From the NCBI RefSeq assembly GCF_009914755.1, contig NC_060937.1: a DNA stretch of 64,000 bases, one strand, 5' to 3'. The stretch comes from the human T2T-CHM13v2.0 reference genome, Homo sapiens. Under the pieces are notes generated by a model. The model made no database searches and was not told the DNA's origin. It saw only the letters and a program-made list of their open reading frames with translations. The position numbers were made by a program, and so were the translations under genes. Of the stretch, positions 39,983 to 56,194 are shown in pieces (position 1 is the first letter of the stretch; each line of letters starts with the position of its first letter).

Positions 39983-40229
39983 CTACCTAGCAGTATCACT
40001 GTGGGTTAGAGTCAGATCACTGCGGATTAAGTCCTCATTCTGCCACTGCCTGTGTAAATCTGAGCAAGTTACTTAATCTCTCTGTGTGTCAGTAACCTCC
40101 CTGTGAAATGAGGCTAATAATAGCAGGGTTGTTTCAACAAGGCGATACATGCATAATGCTTACAACACAGCTTGGCACATTATAAGCATTCAACGAAAAG
40201 TGAGCTACTATTATCTCATCCGTTATCAG

Positions 40230-40759
40230 AATAAACCACCTAAGCCACAAGGCTGCCCACATCATCCTCATGTTTTAAAACACTTCAGTGGGCTCCCCAC
40301 CATCAACAGGATAAAGTCCAAGCTTCCTTAGCATTTCTTAGAGGCTCCATATGAATCCCCAAGTTCCACTACAGGAACACAGGTGAACTTTCCACTCCAA
40401 CCTCAGGCTCCTTCGTGTCACTCCTCATCCACATGGAGGTAAGCAGCAAGAGACTCCGTGCAGTTCCTGGTGGTTCCCTGACCCTCAGGCAGACTCTCCC
40501 CAGCCCTCTGCCTGCAACGTCCTTGCCCTTTGCTTCCCTTGGCCAGCTCCCATTCATTCTCCTTGATTCTGCTTGGAAGTTTCCCTCTCAGGAAGGCTTT
40601 ATGAACCTTAGTGTAGGTTATGAACCCATCTTTGCTCCTTTCATACCTTTTGCAAGCCTTTATTTATTATGACACTTAACCATTATCATACTGAAGTGAC
40701 CTGTTGGTGTGTCTTTGTTCCCCACTAGACAGAAAACTCAAGATCAGAGACCAGTTCTT

Positions 40760-40790
<31 letters not shown>

Positions 40791-41560
40791 TGTATCACAG
40801 TGTTTAGCAGCCTGCTATATGGTAAATGTCAGTAAATGTTCCACAAACTGAATGGAATTGAGCTCTGGAATCTAGACCATCTTTTCCATACCCATCACTC
40901 CTGTCTTAGTTGAAGTCCTTATTTCCCATTTGAAGCAATGCAAAGGATTTCCTAACTCTAATCTCTCTTTTCTTCACACCATCCTTTAAACAGCCGACAG
41001 AATGGTCATCCTAAAGCACATATATCCTATCTTACATATCCTAGATTCGGAACCTCTCTGGGCTTCTCACCATATAAGAAGAAAGTCTAACCTCCTTAGC
41101 AAGGTGCATAGGTCTTCAATGGGCTCCACCTCACTTCTCTATATATACCTATACTCTTGCTACACTAAACTTCTTTCTTACTGTTGCTGGAACAAGTTCA
41201 ACGCTTTCAAACCTCCCTGACTTTGCATATGCAGTTCATTCTGTCAGGAATGCCCTTCTCTCTTATGCCTGGGATATTCTCATTCATTCCATATGACCTA
41301 TTTCATAAGTCACTCCTTAATGAAGCCTTTCTTAGATATCCACTGGGGCAATCAGCTGCTTGCTCCTGTTTCCACAGCACATTGTTCACACAGATAGCAC
41401 AGGACTTACCACAAGTTATTATAATTTTGTCTGTCTTGCCCATTTGAATCCAAGGGCAAGGACGGAATCATTCTCATCTTTGTATGTCCTGGGAACTAGA
41501 ACTGTACCTGAGACATAATAAACACTTGATATGTTTGTAATTTTTAAATAAGTTAATGAA
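40230..41560 (+). mobile_element. L2 3' fragments (two consecutive pieces)
   Basis: 'cttcagtgggctccccac..ggataaagtccaa', 'cagtgtttagcagcctg..gtaaatgtt' and 'agggcaaggacgg..catctttgtatg' are L2 3' motifs. Confidence 0.6.
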
Positions 41561-43756
41561 CGGAATGGCTAGAAAAAGTGAGAAGAAACTCTGGCTTACT
41601 GTATATCATACTGTCATACTAAAAATATATACTGAAGACAGAATCACATTATATCATCACTTTTCACGCTATAGGCCATGATCCATTATGAAAAAGAGGA
41701 TAGTAAAAAAATCACAGGGCACAATTTTTGTTTCTGTCACACACATGTGTACCTGTATATTGGACTGGAATGTAAAACGCATGTTCCATTGTAGAACGTG
41801 GTTTTAAAAGAGGCTTGGAAAACACTGCATATGGTCATTTCTTAGTTTAGTACAATTTATTATTTTCGTAATAACCTCAGCTATAATATAAGTCTACCAT
41901 GAAGCATTTTGGGGAGATTAAATGAGATGTGAAAAGTAAATGTGTTAGATAGACTGAATTCATATCATAGCTTGCTCTGATACTTTACAAAACATTTAAC
42001 CTTACCCACAAGTTTTAGTTTCCTCACTAAAGTCACCCTGAGGACAGTAATGGGATCTTCCTCACAGAGTATTGTGAGGAATACATAAGAGAACGTACGT
42101 AAATGCCTGGCACTTAGTATTTATTCAATAAATCTTAGCAATGATGATGATAACAACATGGTACCTGGCACATAAGAGAGTTAAAAATTAGTTTCTTCAG
42201 TCAAATGTGCTTACATTGATAGTTGATACTAACTGGGGTTAAAAGGTCATTGCTGGCATCTCAGAAAGATAGATTACAGTGAAATAAAAAATGACTACTG
42301 CTTAAAATGAATGAAGACTTATTTACAAAGTCATGTTCATCTGGTACAATAATGAAGTCGCTCAATTGGGAGAAAATGACAAATAATACAAGTGAATATA
42401 CAATCTTACTTAAGACGAAAGAAATAGGACACCAGGCTAACTATCAGTCTCCTAAACCACAACTTTATTTCTGATACAAAGAGACAGTGAGACAATCAGG
42501 GCTTCCCTCAAATAAATTACTTAATCTCTCTTCAATTCAGTTTTGCATCTGTAAATATAAATAACTACAATTTCACAGTATTTCCATTTAAAAAGTTCTA
42601 GTGCAACATCAGAAACAAGAACTTAGTAGGTGTTCAAAAAGAAATATAAGTTCTGCTTTGTTAGCCAGCAAATAGTTGCCTGTTTCTAGCCCTCACTTCT
42701 TTTCTCCTAAATCCCTATATTGCATTTATTTAACTTAAAGTGCTGGATGTGGCACTACGAGAAAGAAAAAGATATTTGGTAATCTTGTTAAAATCATTAG
42801 ACATCCCAGGCTATCTGGAATCACCTTGGGCTCACAGTTAGACATCAGCTATGGCTTGTTTTATTTAAAAATTCATCCACTGATGCATGATAATGGAATT
42901 CACAGGAGAGCAATTTACCAAAAAAAAGAAATTTATTGATTTATAATGTGAGATATTAATTTAGCCACAAATATTTATTGAGCATCTCCTACATGCCAGG
43001 GAATGGACTATATATGGCAGGAAAACAGATACCAATCATTTATATCAGGCATTTTTTTCTAATAGAAGGATATTCGCAGGAGACAATGCATAGCACCATG
43101 CCTTGCACGTAACAGACATTTAATAACTATTAGTTGAATAAAATTGGAGACTAGAATGACACATAAAGAGGCAAGAAAGAGCAAAGATAAGCCTTTCTGA
43201 GAATTTCTATCATGTTTTGCTCAATAGCTTGTCTTTATCCACTGCTTGTATTTTTCCATGTAGCTAATCCTCATTGGTCGTTAGAATTGAGACACCCTTT
43301 CCTTGAAATCAGGAGCTATAGGAGGCCATTCTTCCTACTGGGCATTTTCTTTCTGGGACAGGGTCTCACTCTGTCACCTAGGCTGGAGTGCATCATAGCT
43401 CACTATAACCTTGAAGTCCTGGGCTCAAGGAATCCTCTTGCCAAAGAGGTGGGATTACAGGCATGAGTCACCATGCCAGCCTATTTGGCATTTCTACTGT
43501 AGACAAAGCAGACTTACAGCAGTAGGTCTACCTGCCTAATACAAAAAGAAAAAAAAGAATTTTAACAAACAAATGAGGGAATCAGATCCAGAAAGTGATT
43601 CTTATAACTTAGATTACTTAGAGTAGATCTATAATCTGCTCTAGATCCACTGCATACAGTGGGCCCTTCTTATCATATTCCATAAATAGCACTTTTCTCA
43701 GCCCAGCTTTTGATGATAGCTGAACAGACTAACAGTTTGTCTAACAAAGGCTAGAG

Positions 43757-43973
43757 AAGGGGATAGCAAATAATGGCCCACAGGCTGAATCCTGCCTGCT
43801 GCTCATTTTTGCAAAGTTTTATTAGAATACGGTCATTTCCACTCATTTTCACACTGTCAATGGCTGCTTTTGCGCTACAGCAGCAGAGCTGGGTGGTTGG
43901 GGCAGGGGTCACATGGCTAACAAAGACTAAAATACTTATCATCTGACCTTTTACAGAAAGTTTGCTGATCCTT
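43757..43973 (-). mobile_element. MER58A hAT DNA transposon
   Basis: 'ggggatagcaaataatggccc'...'ttttacagaaagtttgctgatcctt'. Confidence 0.85.
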
Positions 43974-44752
43974 GGAGTGTACAAGTATTCTATATTGTTG
44001 ATTAAGAACAGAACCACAAGTATTAGAAGTTAGACCAGCAGGTGGTAAAGCTGATCATCTACTAATATAATGGAAATTGGGGTTCCCAATCAGGACTCTT
44101 GCTTTGATAGAAGGCCATCTTAACGAGGAGGGAGACACCTGCAGGCAAAGTCAGAATTTTCTGCAGGAAAAGTTTTGAGTCCATTTCCCCTTGTGAACAA
44201 GTGCTCAGCTATGCATTTCATCTTTAGTAACCATGCTTCTATACCTGGTTCTCCTTGGCAAAGATTTCTTTCTTCAGTAAGTCTCAAGACTTTCTGGGAA
44301 GGTAGGGAGATATGGGGGTAAAAGTGTCCCAGGACTTACTGAAGGAAGTGTTTTATGATTATCTGATAGAATCACTGTATCATGGTAGAGAAGGCAAACA
44401 GAATATAATCTGAAAATAGAGGTGAGGGTGAACAAATGGGCACTAAAAGTGAACTCAGCATCAGGAAGGTAGCAAAACAAGACATCAGTCAAAGATATGG
44501 GGTGATTCAGACCTAAGGAAGATTTAATGTGGGATGTTTCCGTGTGCCAGGAGCTGGACACTTAAGCAAGAGGAGATCCAGGAATGTTGCTAAAACCATG
44601 GCCTCCATACTTTATTGGAATTAGCACAACTTATCCTTGTTTCTTTCATTTTGCAATCAAAATCTTTAAAAACACATTATTTAAAAATACATTATTTTAA
44701 AAGCTAGAATGAAAATTATGATATCATTTAGGTGGTTTAAAAAACATCCACC

Positions 44753-45118
<366 letters not shown>

Positions 45119-45383
45119 TCAATTGGTATATTTGTTATCTAATATAACCCCACGTAACGACAGGTATTTAACAAATGTTTCTGCTGAATTTGACGATTCC
45201 ATTTCCCTTACATCCCATATGCAATCCATCAGCACCCCACATCCAACCCATCAGTACATCCTGTCAGCATTGGCTCCCAAATATAACCTAAATCTAACAC
45301 ATATCCTACTATCTCTGCTGCTACAACTTTAGTCTGAAATCTCATAATCTCCCACTTGTACTACTGTAGATGACTCTGAATGA

Positions 45384-45557
<174 letters not shown>

Positions 45558-45645
45558 TAACCCTGACTGATCTTTCTAAGCATAAATCTAATAATGCCCC
45601 TTCCTTGATTAAACCCTTCAATGAATTCACATTAAGCAAACAACC

Positions 45646-46520
<875 letters not shown>

Positions 46521-47260
46521 ATAAACCCAAATCCAACTTCTTTACCCTAATCAACAAGGCTCAAATAATCTCATGCCAACTAAGTCTCTGAACAGCTCCT
46601 TCCATTCTATTGCCAGATTACTCCATCTTTCAGCCACAAGACCTTTTTATCTTCCTTTTACCAGCCAAACACAATCCTACCTCAGAACATGTGCACTTTT
46701 TCTTTTCTCTGACTTGAATCTCCTCCACCCATTATATAATCTTAGCTCAAAGAGGCTTTTCTTGACAACTTAGCGAAAGTATTTATCCCAGTCATTCTCT
46801 GCTACATTATTCCAATTTATTTTCTCCATAGTACATTTCAGCACATAAAGATTTCCTTAGTATGTGCTTGTTGCCTTTCCCCAACCTCCTAAAATGTCAG
46901 CATTCCTTGAGGGCAGAGACTGTTTCATTCCTGTATCATCAGCACCTAAGACAGTTCCTGGAACATACCAAGTACTTAATAAAAATTTGTTTATTGACTA
47001 GCTATGACACATTTTACTTATATAATTTCATTTTCTCAGCAAAATGAACACTTTGAAATGTAATTAATTACTGATTTTTGCAGTATTTTCTAATTATTTA
47101 AATAAAATATTTACTATTTTGGTCAACCAGAATTCTTACATTGTTTTAGCACCCAGATAGCTTCTAAAAATGCTTACAATTAACACAATTTTATCTAGCA
47201 ATATGTATTTATCACTAGACAGAATGCACTGAACTCTTCTTCATTAATAAAAAGCAATCC

Positions 47261-47755
47261 AGGCTGGGTGCAGTGGTTCACGCCTGTAATCCTAGCATAG
47301 TGGAAGGCCGAGGAGGGAGGATCACTTGATACCAGGAATTCGAGACCAGCCTGGCCAACATGGCAAAACCCCATCTCTATAAAAAACACAAAAATTAGCT
47401 GGGTATAATAGCAGACATCTATAGTCCCAGCTACTCAGGAGGCTGAGAGGTGGGAGGACTGCTTGACCCCAGGAGATTGAGGTTGCAGTGAGCCGTGATT
47501 GTGTCACTGCACTCCAGCCTGGGCTACAGAATGATACCTCATCTAAAAAAAAAAAAAAATTAGCCAGGCATGGTGGCATGCACCTGTAGTCCCAGCTACT
47601 CAGGAGGCTAAGGTGGGAGGGTCACCTGAGCCTGGAAGGTAGAGACTGCAGTGAGCCCTGGGTAGCCCGCGCCACTGCACTCCAGCCCTGAGTGACAGAG
47701 ACCCAGTTTCAAAAAAACACAAAAAACAGAAAACAAAACAAACAAACAAAAAAAC
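47261..47755 (+). mobile_element. Three-arm Alu structure (left-right-right)
   Basis: Full dimer to ~47545, an A tract, then a second right arm beginning 'ttagccaggcatggtggc'. Confidence 0.85.
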
Positions 47756-47801
47756 CCAATGCATTGCTGAAATGTTAAATCCATTATAAAGAAAAGTACA
47801 G

Positions 47802-48072
47802 GGGTGGGCATGGTGGTTCATGCTTGTAATCCCAGCACTTTGGGAGGCCAAGGTGGGCAGATCACTTAAGGTCAGGAATTCAAGAACAGCCTGGCTAACA
47901 CAGTGAAAAATGCAAAATACAAAATAAGCCGGGAGTGGTGGCGCATGCCTGTAATCCCAGCTACTCGGGAGGCTGAGGGGGGAGAATCGCTTGAACCTGG
48001 GAGGTGGAGGTTGCAGTCAGCCAAGATCGAACTCCAGCCTGGGTAACAGAGACTCCATCTCAAAAAAAAAAA
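47802..48072 (+). mobile_element. AluS element with internal deletions
   Basis: Sense Alu dimer. Confidence 0.87.
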
Positions 48073-48849
48073 GTAAAAAGTATATAGTTGATTCTGCAGG
48101 GACTTAAAAAAGTATAAATATCTTTTTTAACATCACAAAGCTCTGATATCTGCAGGTTTATGACTAACTGCTAGCTCACTCCCATGAATACACGTATGTA
48201 AACAGGCTCTATACAATCTACAATCCCAGACTAAGGGGAAAAAACTGTCCTGTCACTGTGGTCTCCAACCCTTGGCCCATTTCTTTCCTCTTGACCACAA
48301 AACTTCTCAGGAGTTGCTTGTTTCCTCTTGATCCACTTATCTTTAGCCCACTCCAATCTGGCATCGGTTCTCAGTACTCTCCACTAAAACTGCTTTTATG
48401 AAGGCCATCAATGACGTTCATGCTGCCAAATCCAGCAGACACCTCCTGTTTTCTAATTTTTTTTATTGTTATTTTTTAAGAGACTGGGTCTTGCTCTGTC
48501 ACCCAGGCTGGAATGCAGTGATGCCATCATAGCTCACTGCAGCCTTAACCTCCCTGAGTTCAAGAGATCCTTCTACCTCAGCTGGGACTACAGGCATGCA
48601 CAGCTATGCCTGGCTAATTACTCAATCTTTAACATAGCTGATAATTCCCTCCTTGAAACACTCTCAACTTTTAAGAAACCCTGTTATTTTCCTCCTACAT
48701 TTTTAGCCAGTTCTTCTATCAGCTTCTCCTTATCTGACCTCTAAATGTTAAGAACATTAACAAAGACTGAACCTAGTTTTTTTCTCCCCTTACTGTACTG
48801 CTCCTGGGCGATGTCAATCAGTCCCATTGCTTTAGATACTATCTGTTGA

Positions 48850-49143
<294 letters not shown>

Positions 49144-49721
49144 TTGGGAAAAGATATCCCAATCTTTTTCCTATGATTTCTTAATTGATCTACTTGACAT
49201 ATCCACTTGGACTTTTAATAGGCATCTCAAACTTAATGTGTTCAAAATAAACCTCGTGACTTTCCCTCCCAAACCTGTCCCTACCTCCCTCAATAACTAA
49301 TATTATCATTCTTATATTCATATATTGAATAAATGTTTGTTCCCCCAAGTATTTGTTGCTATAAATTTATGAAGAATTCTTTTCTCACTAGTTATTATAA
49401 TTAAAATGTAATATTTATTTTCTTTAAAAACTTTACTTTGTAGGATTATTATTTTTTAAACAGGGACCAACAATAAATAACTTCTCTACTTGATTAAAAC
49501 TAGGGCTTCCTCTTGTGCTCCCTCAGGACTATTTCTTTGTAAAAACAATAGGCTAAATCAGTACTGGTGTCAAAGAAATCATAATCTCACAACTTTATAA
49601 ATACAGCATGTGGCAAGGGATTTTCCCATCTTATATAGTAATAAAATTTTCAGCTGTGCCATGGCTAAAAGTTTACCATCAAAGTTGGAATTTTAAATTA
49701 GAGGTAGTCATCTTTCTTTCT

Positions 49722-49878
49722 TTTTAAAGAAATGGAGTCTCACTATGTTGCCCAGGCTGGAGTGCAGTGGCTATTTGCAGGCATGACCACAGCACGCTAC
49801 AGCATCCTGGCCTCAAGCAATTCTCCTGCCTCAGCTTGCCAAGTAGCTGGGACTACAGGTCCCTGCCACCACACCCAG
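49722..49878 (-). mobile_element. FAM (fossil Alu monomer)-like element
   Basis: Monomer retaining the 7SL/FAM-specific 'gcagtggctatt..caggc' segment that dimeric Alus lack. Confidence 0.75.
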
Positions 49879-50982
49879 CAGAAATATTTAGCTTTCTGAA
49901 TTTCTCAAGTGTGTGTATGAATGAGACTAGTGGGGTCCTTAACCAAGATTCACAGGATTTTTAGTGATTTATTAAATAACTTGGATTTGTATCTACCAGC
50001 ATGTTCTTTGAGGTACAGGTATGTCTTTTATATCTCCTAATATAGTTCATTACAATGCTAAATACTAAGATGTGATGCTCACACACTACAGAATAGCCAA
50101 GCAAATGAACTACTTATTCTCATAGGGCTATTATAATTAACAAATTCTTGTATCACCCCATCATTATCAACAACAACATGATAGGATTTCCTTTTATCTT
50201 GAAGAGTCTGGAAAAAGGGTAACAGAGAGATATTTCTGAGGAACAAACTGGTAATGAGGGAGCTACTGTGTCCATTACAATACTCCTTCTAGAAGCTCAA
50301 TACATAATGACTAATCTCTGGAAAAAAGCAAGTGTGAGAATGGAAGGCTCTTCTCCAAACTATGCAAAATGAATCAATCAGCAGTGAACAAATTTATGAG
50401 CCAAACAAATTCCTACAAAAATTACCATCATATGCTGTCATGCATGTCTGCCAGTCTATTTATCATATTATTTAAGAAACAAACATTTATTGAAGATTTA
50501 TCATGTGCTCAGCACTGCCAAAGAGGAAATAAAGAGCATAATATCTATTCTTAGAAAATAACATTAACACAAATAGAAAACAAGAAACCATAATGTTAAA
50601 AATATTACATAGCAACACAGAAAGACAATGTATAATTATACATACGCACTAAAGCAAAGATAACATAATTTATAAATTATGAGGTACAGAATAGTTAGAT
50701 TCTGAAAATTAAAATAATCAGGAAAAACTTCATGAAGATGAGATCTGGGCTGGATCCCAAAGGATAGGCAGGTGGATCATGTAGAACAGGGGAAAGGAGT
50801 TCCTGATCGGGGATACAATATATGTAAAAACTCGGAGACAGGACTGAGCGTGAAATGTTAATGGGACAGTAAAGAAATCTTCCTCTGCAGCGGGGGAAAA
50901 AACAGAATAATGGGAAACTGCATGGTTAAAAGGTTTGATGTTAAGATAGTGCTTGGACACAAAAGATCTTAAAGTTGAGTCA

Positions 50983-51369
<387 letters not shown>

Positions 51370-51401
51370 CTAATTGTAAAGCTGAATGCCTAGTTTACCA
51401 C

Positions 51402-51698
<297 letters not shown>

Positions 51699-51980
51699 TA
51701 TCATTCTTATTTTATGCATTAGGAAACTAAGGCTCAACAAGATTAAAGCTGTCTAGGGTCACAAAGATTGTAAGTGGAGGGGCTAGAATTCAAAATGAGA
51801 CCTGCTTGACTCCTAAGCCTGTACCATTTCTACTATATTTAGAGTGAAGTAGATGGGTTGAAGAAATATTTAGGAGGTGAAATTTCAAAAGTGTACAGTC
51901 AGAAGAGAAGACATATATGGAAACCTAAATTTTCACACAGTAAAGTGTCAATAATAAAGGCATAATGCCAAAATGACAGA

Positions 51981-52276
51981 GGCTGTGCATGGTGGCTCAT
52001 GCCTGTAATCCCAGCACTCTGGGAGGCTGAGGCAGGAAGATCACTTGAGCCCAGGAGTTTGACACCAACCTGGCCAACACAGCGAAACCCCATCTCTACT
52101 AAAAATACAAAAAATTAGCTGGTAATGGTGGTACACACCTGTAATCCCAGCTACTCAGGAGGCTGAGGCATTAGAGTCACTTGAACCTGGGAGGCAGAGG
52201 TTGCCATGAGCCAAGATTGTGCCACTGCACTCTAGCCTGGGCAACAGAGTGAGACTCTGTCTCAAAAAAAAAAAAA
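51981..52276 (+). mobile_element. Alu element (J/Sz-like)
   Basis: Full sense Alu. Confidence 0.9.
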
Positions 52277-52518
52277 GGAAGACTCGAGGGCTAGAACCCT
52301 GAAATTGGGAATGAACAGGACTGGCTGAAAATGTTTCTTGCACCTGATAAAAATCTTGAAGAAGAATGCTTTAAATAGATAAGAAAGGAGAGAGAGAGGT
52401 GGGCAGTGAGAGGAGACCACCCTAAGTAATCAGAGATTACTTACGTTGGTTACTCAGGCTGGTCTCTGAATCTGATTATAAATGAAATAGAGATTACTTA
52501 AAACAAAGGGCTGTAAGG

Positions 52519-52952
52519 TAGCACTGTCCAGCAGCACTTTCTATGATGGAAATCTTCTATATCTGCACTGTCCAATAAGGTGTAGCTGCTAGCACATGTG
52601 GCCACTGAGTACTTAGAATATAGCTAGGACAACCGAGAGGCTGAATTTTAAATTTAATTTAATGAATTCAAACAAATTTATTTTTAATACAGCACTTTAA
52701 ATTTTATTTTTAAATTTTAATCTATTATTTATTTAGAGACTGGGTTATGAGACTGGCTAATTTTTGTATTTTTGGTAGAGACGGCGTTTCACCATGTTGC
52801 CCAAGTTAGTCTCAAACTCCCGGGCTCAAGTGATCCACCTGCCTTGGCCTCCCCGCAAAGTGCTGAGAATACAGGTGTGAGTCACCACGCCCGGCCTAAA
52901 CTTAAATTTAAATAGCCACGTGCGGGTAGTGGCTACCATACTGCACATGCAA
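52519..52952. mobile_element. MER3/MER33 hAT element containing a partial antisense Alu (~52725-52896)
   Basis: 'atgatggaaatcttctatatctgcactgtccaata' and 'ttaaatagccacgtg..tagtggctaccatact'. Confidence 0.78.
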
Positions 52953-53029
52953 CTGTAAGATGTAGAAGTCAGATGTGAGCAAAGAAATGACAAGCCGTTC
53001 AATGCTGTTAGAGAATGAAATTCAAGGTT

Positions 53030-53374
53030 CCAATGATCTGAACTTGTGTCCCCTCAAATTCGTATGTTGAAATCTTAATCCTCAATGCAACAGTATTAAG
53101 AATTTGGGGCTTTAGGAGGTAATTTGGTTTTGAGGGTGGAGCCCTCATGAATAGGATGAGCACCTGAGGTAGCCTCTTTGACCCTTCCACCATGTGAGGA
53201 CACACCACGAAGGCACCATGTTGGAAGCAGAGAGTGAGCACTCCCAAGACACTGAATCTGCCACATCTTGATTTTGGGCTTCTCAGCCTACAGAACTGTG
53301 AGCAATAAATATCTGCTGTTTATAAATTATCCAGTGTAAAGTATTTTGTTATAGCAGCCTGAATAGACTAAGAC
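53030..53374 (+). mobile_element. MSTD/MLT1A-type MaLR LTR
   Basis: 'aaattcgtatgttgaaatcttaatcc', 'gagggtggagccctcatgaa', AATAAA, terminus 'gactaagaca'. Confidence 0.85.
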
Positions 53375-53397
53375 AAAGGTGGACTAAGGCAGGATAA

Positions 53398-53725
<328 letters not shown>

Positions 53726-53901
53726 GAGGCACAGTGTTTTTACAGAGAAGCCTGTTTAAGGTTTAATCATATAAAATGTATGATATCCAGTAAGTTTTGA
53801 TATAAAAAAGAAACACCTGGCGATTTTATATAATATATTGTGCTAAGGAATTTTAAGCACTCTACATTCTGCTCTCTAAGCTCTGTAAAGAGCACCAGGG
53901 A

Positions 53902-54170
53902 TTTTTTTTTTTTTTTTCTTTTTGAACAGGGTCTTGCTCTGTCAGCCAGGCTGGAGTGCAGTGGCACAATCTTGGCTCACTGCAACCTCTGCCTCTCGGG
54001 CTCAGCGATTCTCCCACCTCAGCCTCCTGAGTGGTTGGGACCACAGGCGCATGCCACTACATCTGGCTAATTTTTTGTAAAGATGGGGTTTTGCCATGTT
54101 GCCCAGGCTGGTCTTTAACTCCTGGGCTCAAGCGATCCTCCCACCTTGGCCTACCACGCATGCCCGGCCG
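53902..54170 (-). mobile_element. AluJb-like element with a 5' internal deletion
   Basis: Antisense Alu; TSD cagggattttt. Confidence 0.88.
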
Positions 54171-56194
54171 CAACAGGGATTTTTAAATGTAAGACTACCT
54201 AGTCAACTCTTATTCTATATTAACAATATAGACAAGAAATAACCTCTAAGTAATCTCTATTTCATTTATAATCAGATTCAGAGGTTCTCTTATGCTTTAC
54301 AATATTGTCCTACTGTGGGTAGCGCAATAACTAAGGTAATCTGAAAGACCAGTTATATTATATACTATAGTTAAATGCATTTCAACTGCATGGGAGAAAG
54401 CAACTGTGTTCTTTCCTCTCAATTTTAACAGAAGGAAAATTGTCAAAATTAGCTTATTTAGAATGTCCTATCAGAGAATTATTTTGATTAAAATATATTT
54501 TTAATCAATAAAATATTTCTCTTTGGTCAATACTTGTCAATATAGAATAATATCTAGCCACAAAATTAAAAAAAAAACATTTTCCCCTATATTACATTCA
54601 TGGATCTTCTTGAATTTCTGTTATCTAGGTGCTTTTAAAAGTCATATTTCTGATAATATGAAATCACAGCTCCTTTTCTTTGGCATATTTAGTTACTGTA
54701 TTAAGAAAATGTACAACACATAATTTAGAATGGGTAATTATTATATTCTCTTTATTCTTATATTGAAAATGACATGAAAATTACCAGTCTTCCCAGGTAA
54801 TATAATTTAAGTTAAAGAACATCTACATACTACAACCAATACCCATTCCCCTATGTTATGTTTGGAAAAACATAGAAGTATCTTTAGTAGTACTCTTAGA
54901 AATTATCCCAGGTTCAGCATATTGGTATTTTATTTCCAGGTTTAAGTTACAGTATTTTGGGCACCCCAAGTTTAATAAACTATTCCCTGCAGAAACCTGA
55001 CAAGTGAAGTTGTGGCTGGGAATATGTTAGTCTTCAGATAAAATGAATTGTTTAAGACTTTGCTAAAGATCTCAAAGCATCTTTCTTAAATCTAAAGAAA
55101 GTCAGGAACAAAGCCACAACCAGGACCATAGCATCAGAAGATGGAAAGTTGCTTTGTCTTCAAACTTAAAAAACATTTTCCATTTTAAAATAATTTTACT
55201 ATTTACCTGTGATACTGTTGAAAATTATGAAAAAACAGATAATTTAAAATTTAGTGCTTTTTTTTAAAAAAAAAAAAAAAGCGAATCCCTGGGACACTTC
55301 ATATAGTGCAAAACAACAATTCAAGAATTCAAGCATTGAAAGAAATAATCTCTTATCCCCCAGTCTCTGAAAGGGATTGCCTTTACTACTGTTCCCATCT
55401 TTATGTCCATATGTACCTAAGGCTTATCTCCCACTTACAAGTGAGAAACTATTCAGTATGGCTTAGTCATTTTTAATGCAAGAGAATAGGTAAAAATGCC
55501 AAGCACCAGCCAGAGTTTTTTCTTTGCAGATAGATGTGACTCTTACAGGAGCAGCAGGGATTTCCCACTTTGGGCGGAAAGCAGCATTTAGGTATTCCCC
55601 CTCCAGTGCAGTTACAGACCACCCCCCCGTAGAAGCTGCTCCTGTCCTCTGTGGCATGTCAGCCTCTGATTATCTTTTAATAAACAATACGGCATATTAA
55701 GTCTCTTTTATGCCCTTCTTTGTATTCCCAGGTACCACCTCCATGTCAGGATAACAAGAATTTGGTAATGTTTGTTGAATAAATTTAGCAGAAGTTGAAA
55801 GAAAAATCCTGTTTCTACAGAAAGATACCACTGGCTTTTGGGGAGCCCGAGTTCATGATGAAACTAAAGAAAGCCACATAAGTTCACCTCAATGCCAAGA
55901 CATTTCTTGATTTTTGAAAACCCAGTTGTCGAACCACCCATCTATAGAAACTTGAAAGACTAAAAACTATCTTACTCTAAACATTTTCTAGGAAGTTGAT
56001 TCTACAACACATTTTGGTTTTCCAATTTGGCTTCTAATAATTATTTCAAAGTTTCTGTGACCTAAATTTTGTTTTACATTGATCCTTTGAATGGACTACT
56101 GTTTCCACATTTTAGAACATTTAAAAAGATATCTACAACCCGAGTCTAATCATAAAAAAAATCAGACAGATCCAAAATGTGGAACATTCCACTA

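Noticed and set aside
49722-49878. 7SL RNA gene or pseudogene
   Set aside because: It lacks the 7SL S domain; size and content fit a FAM monomer.
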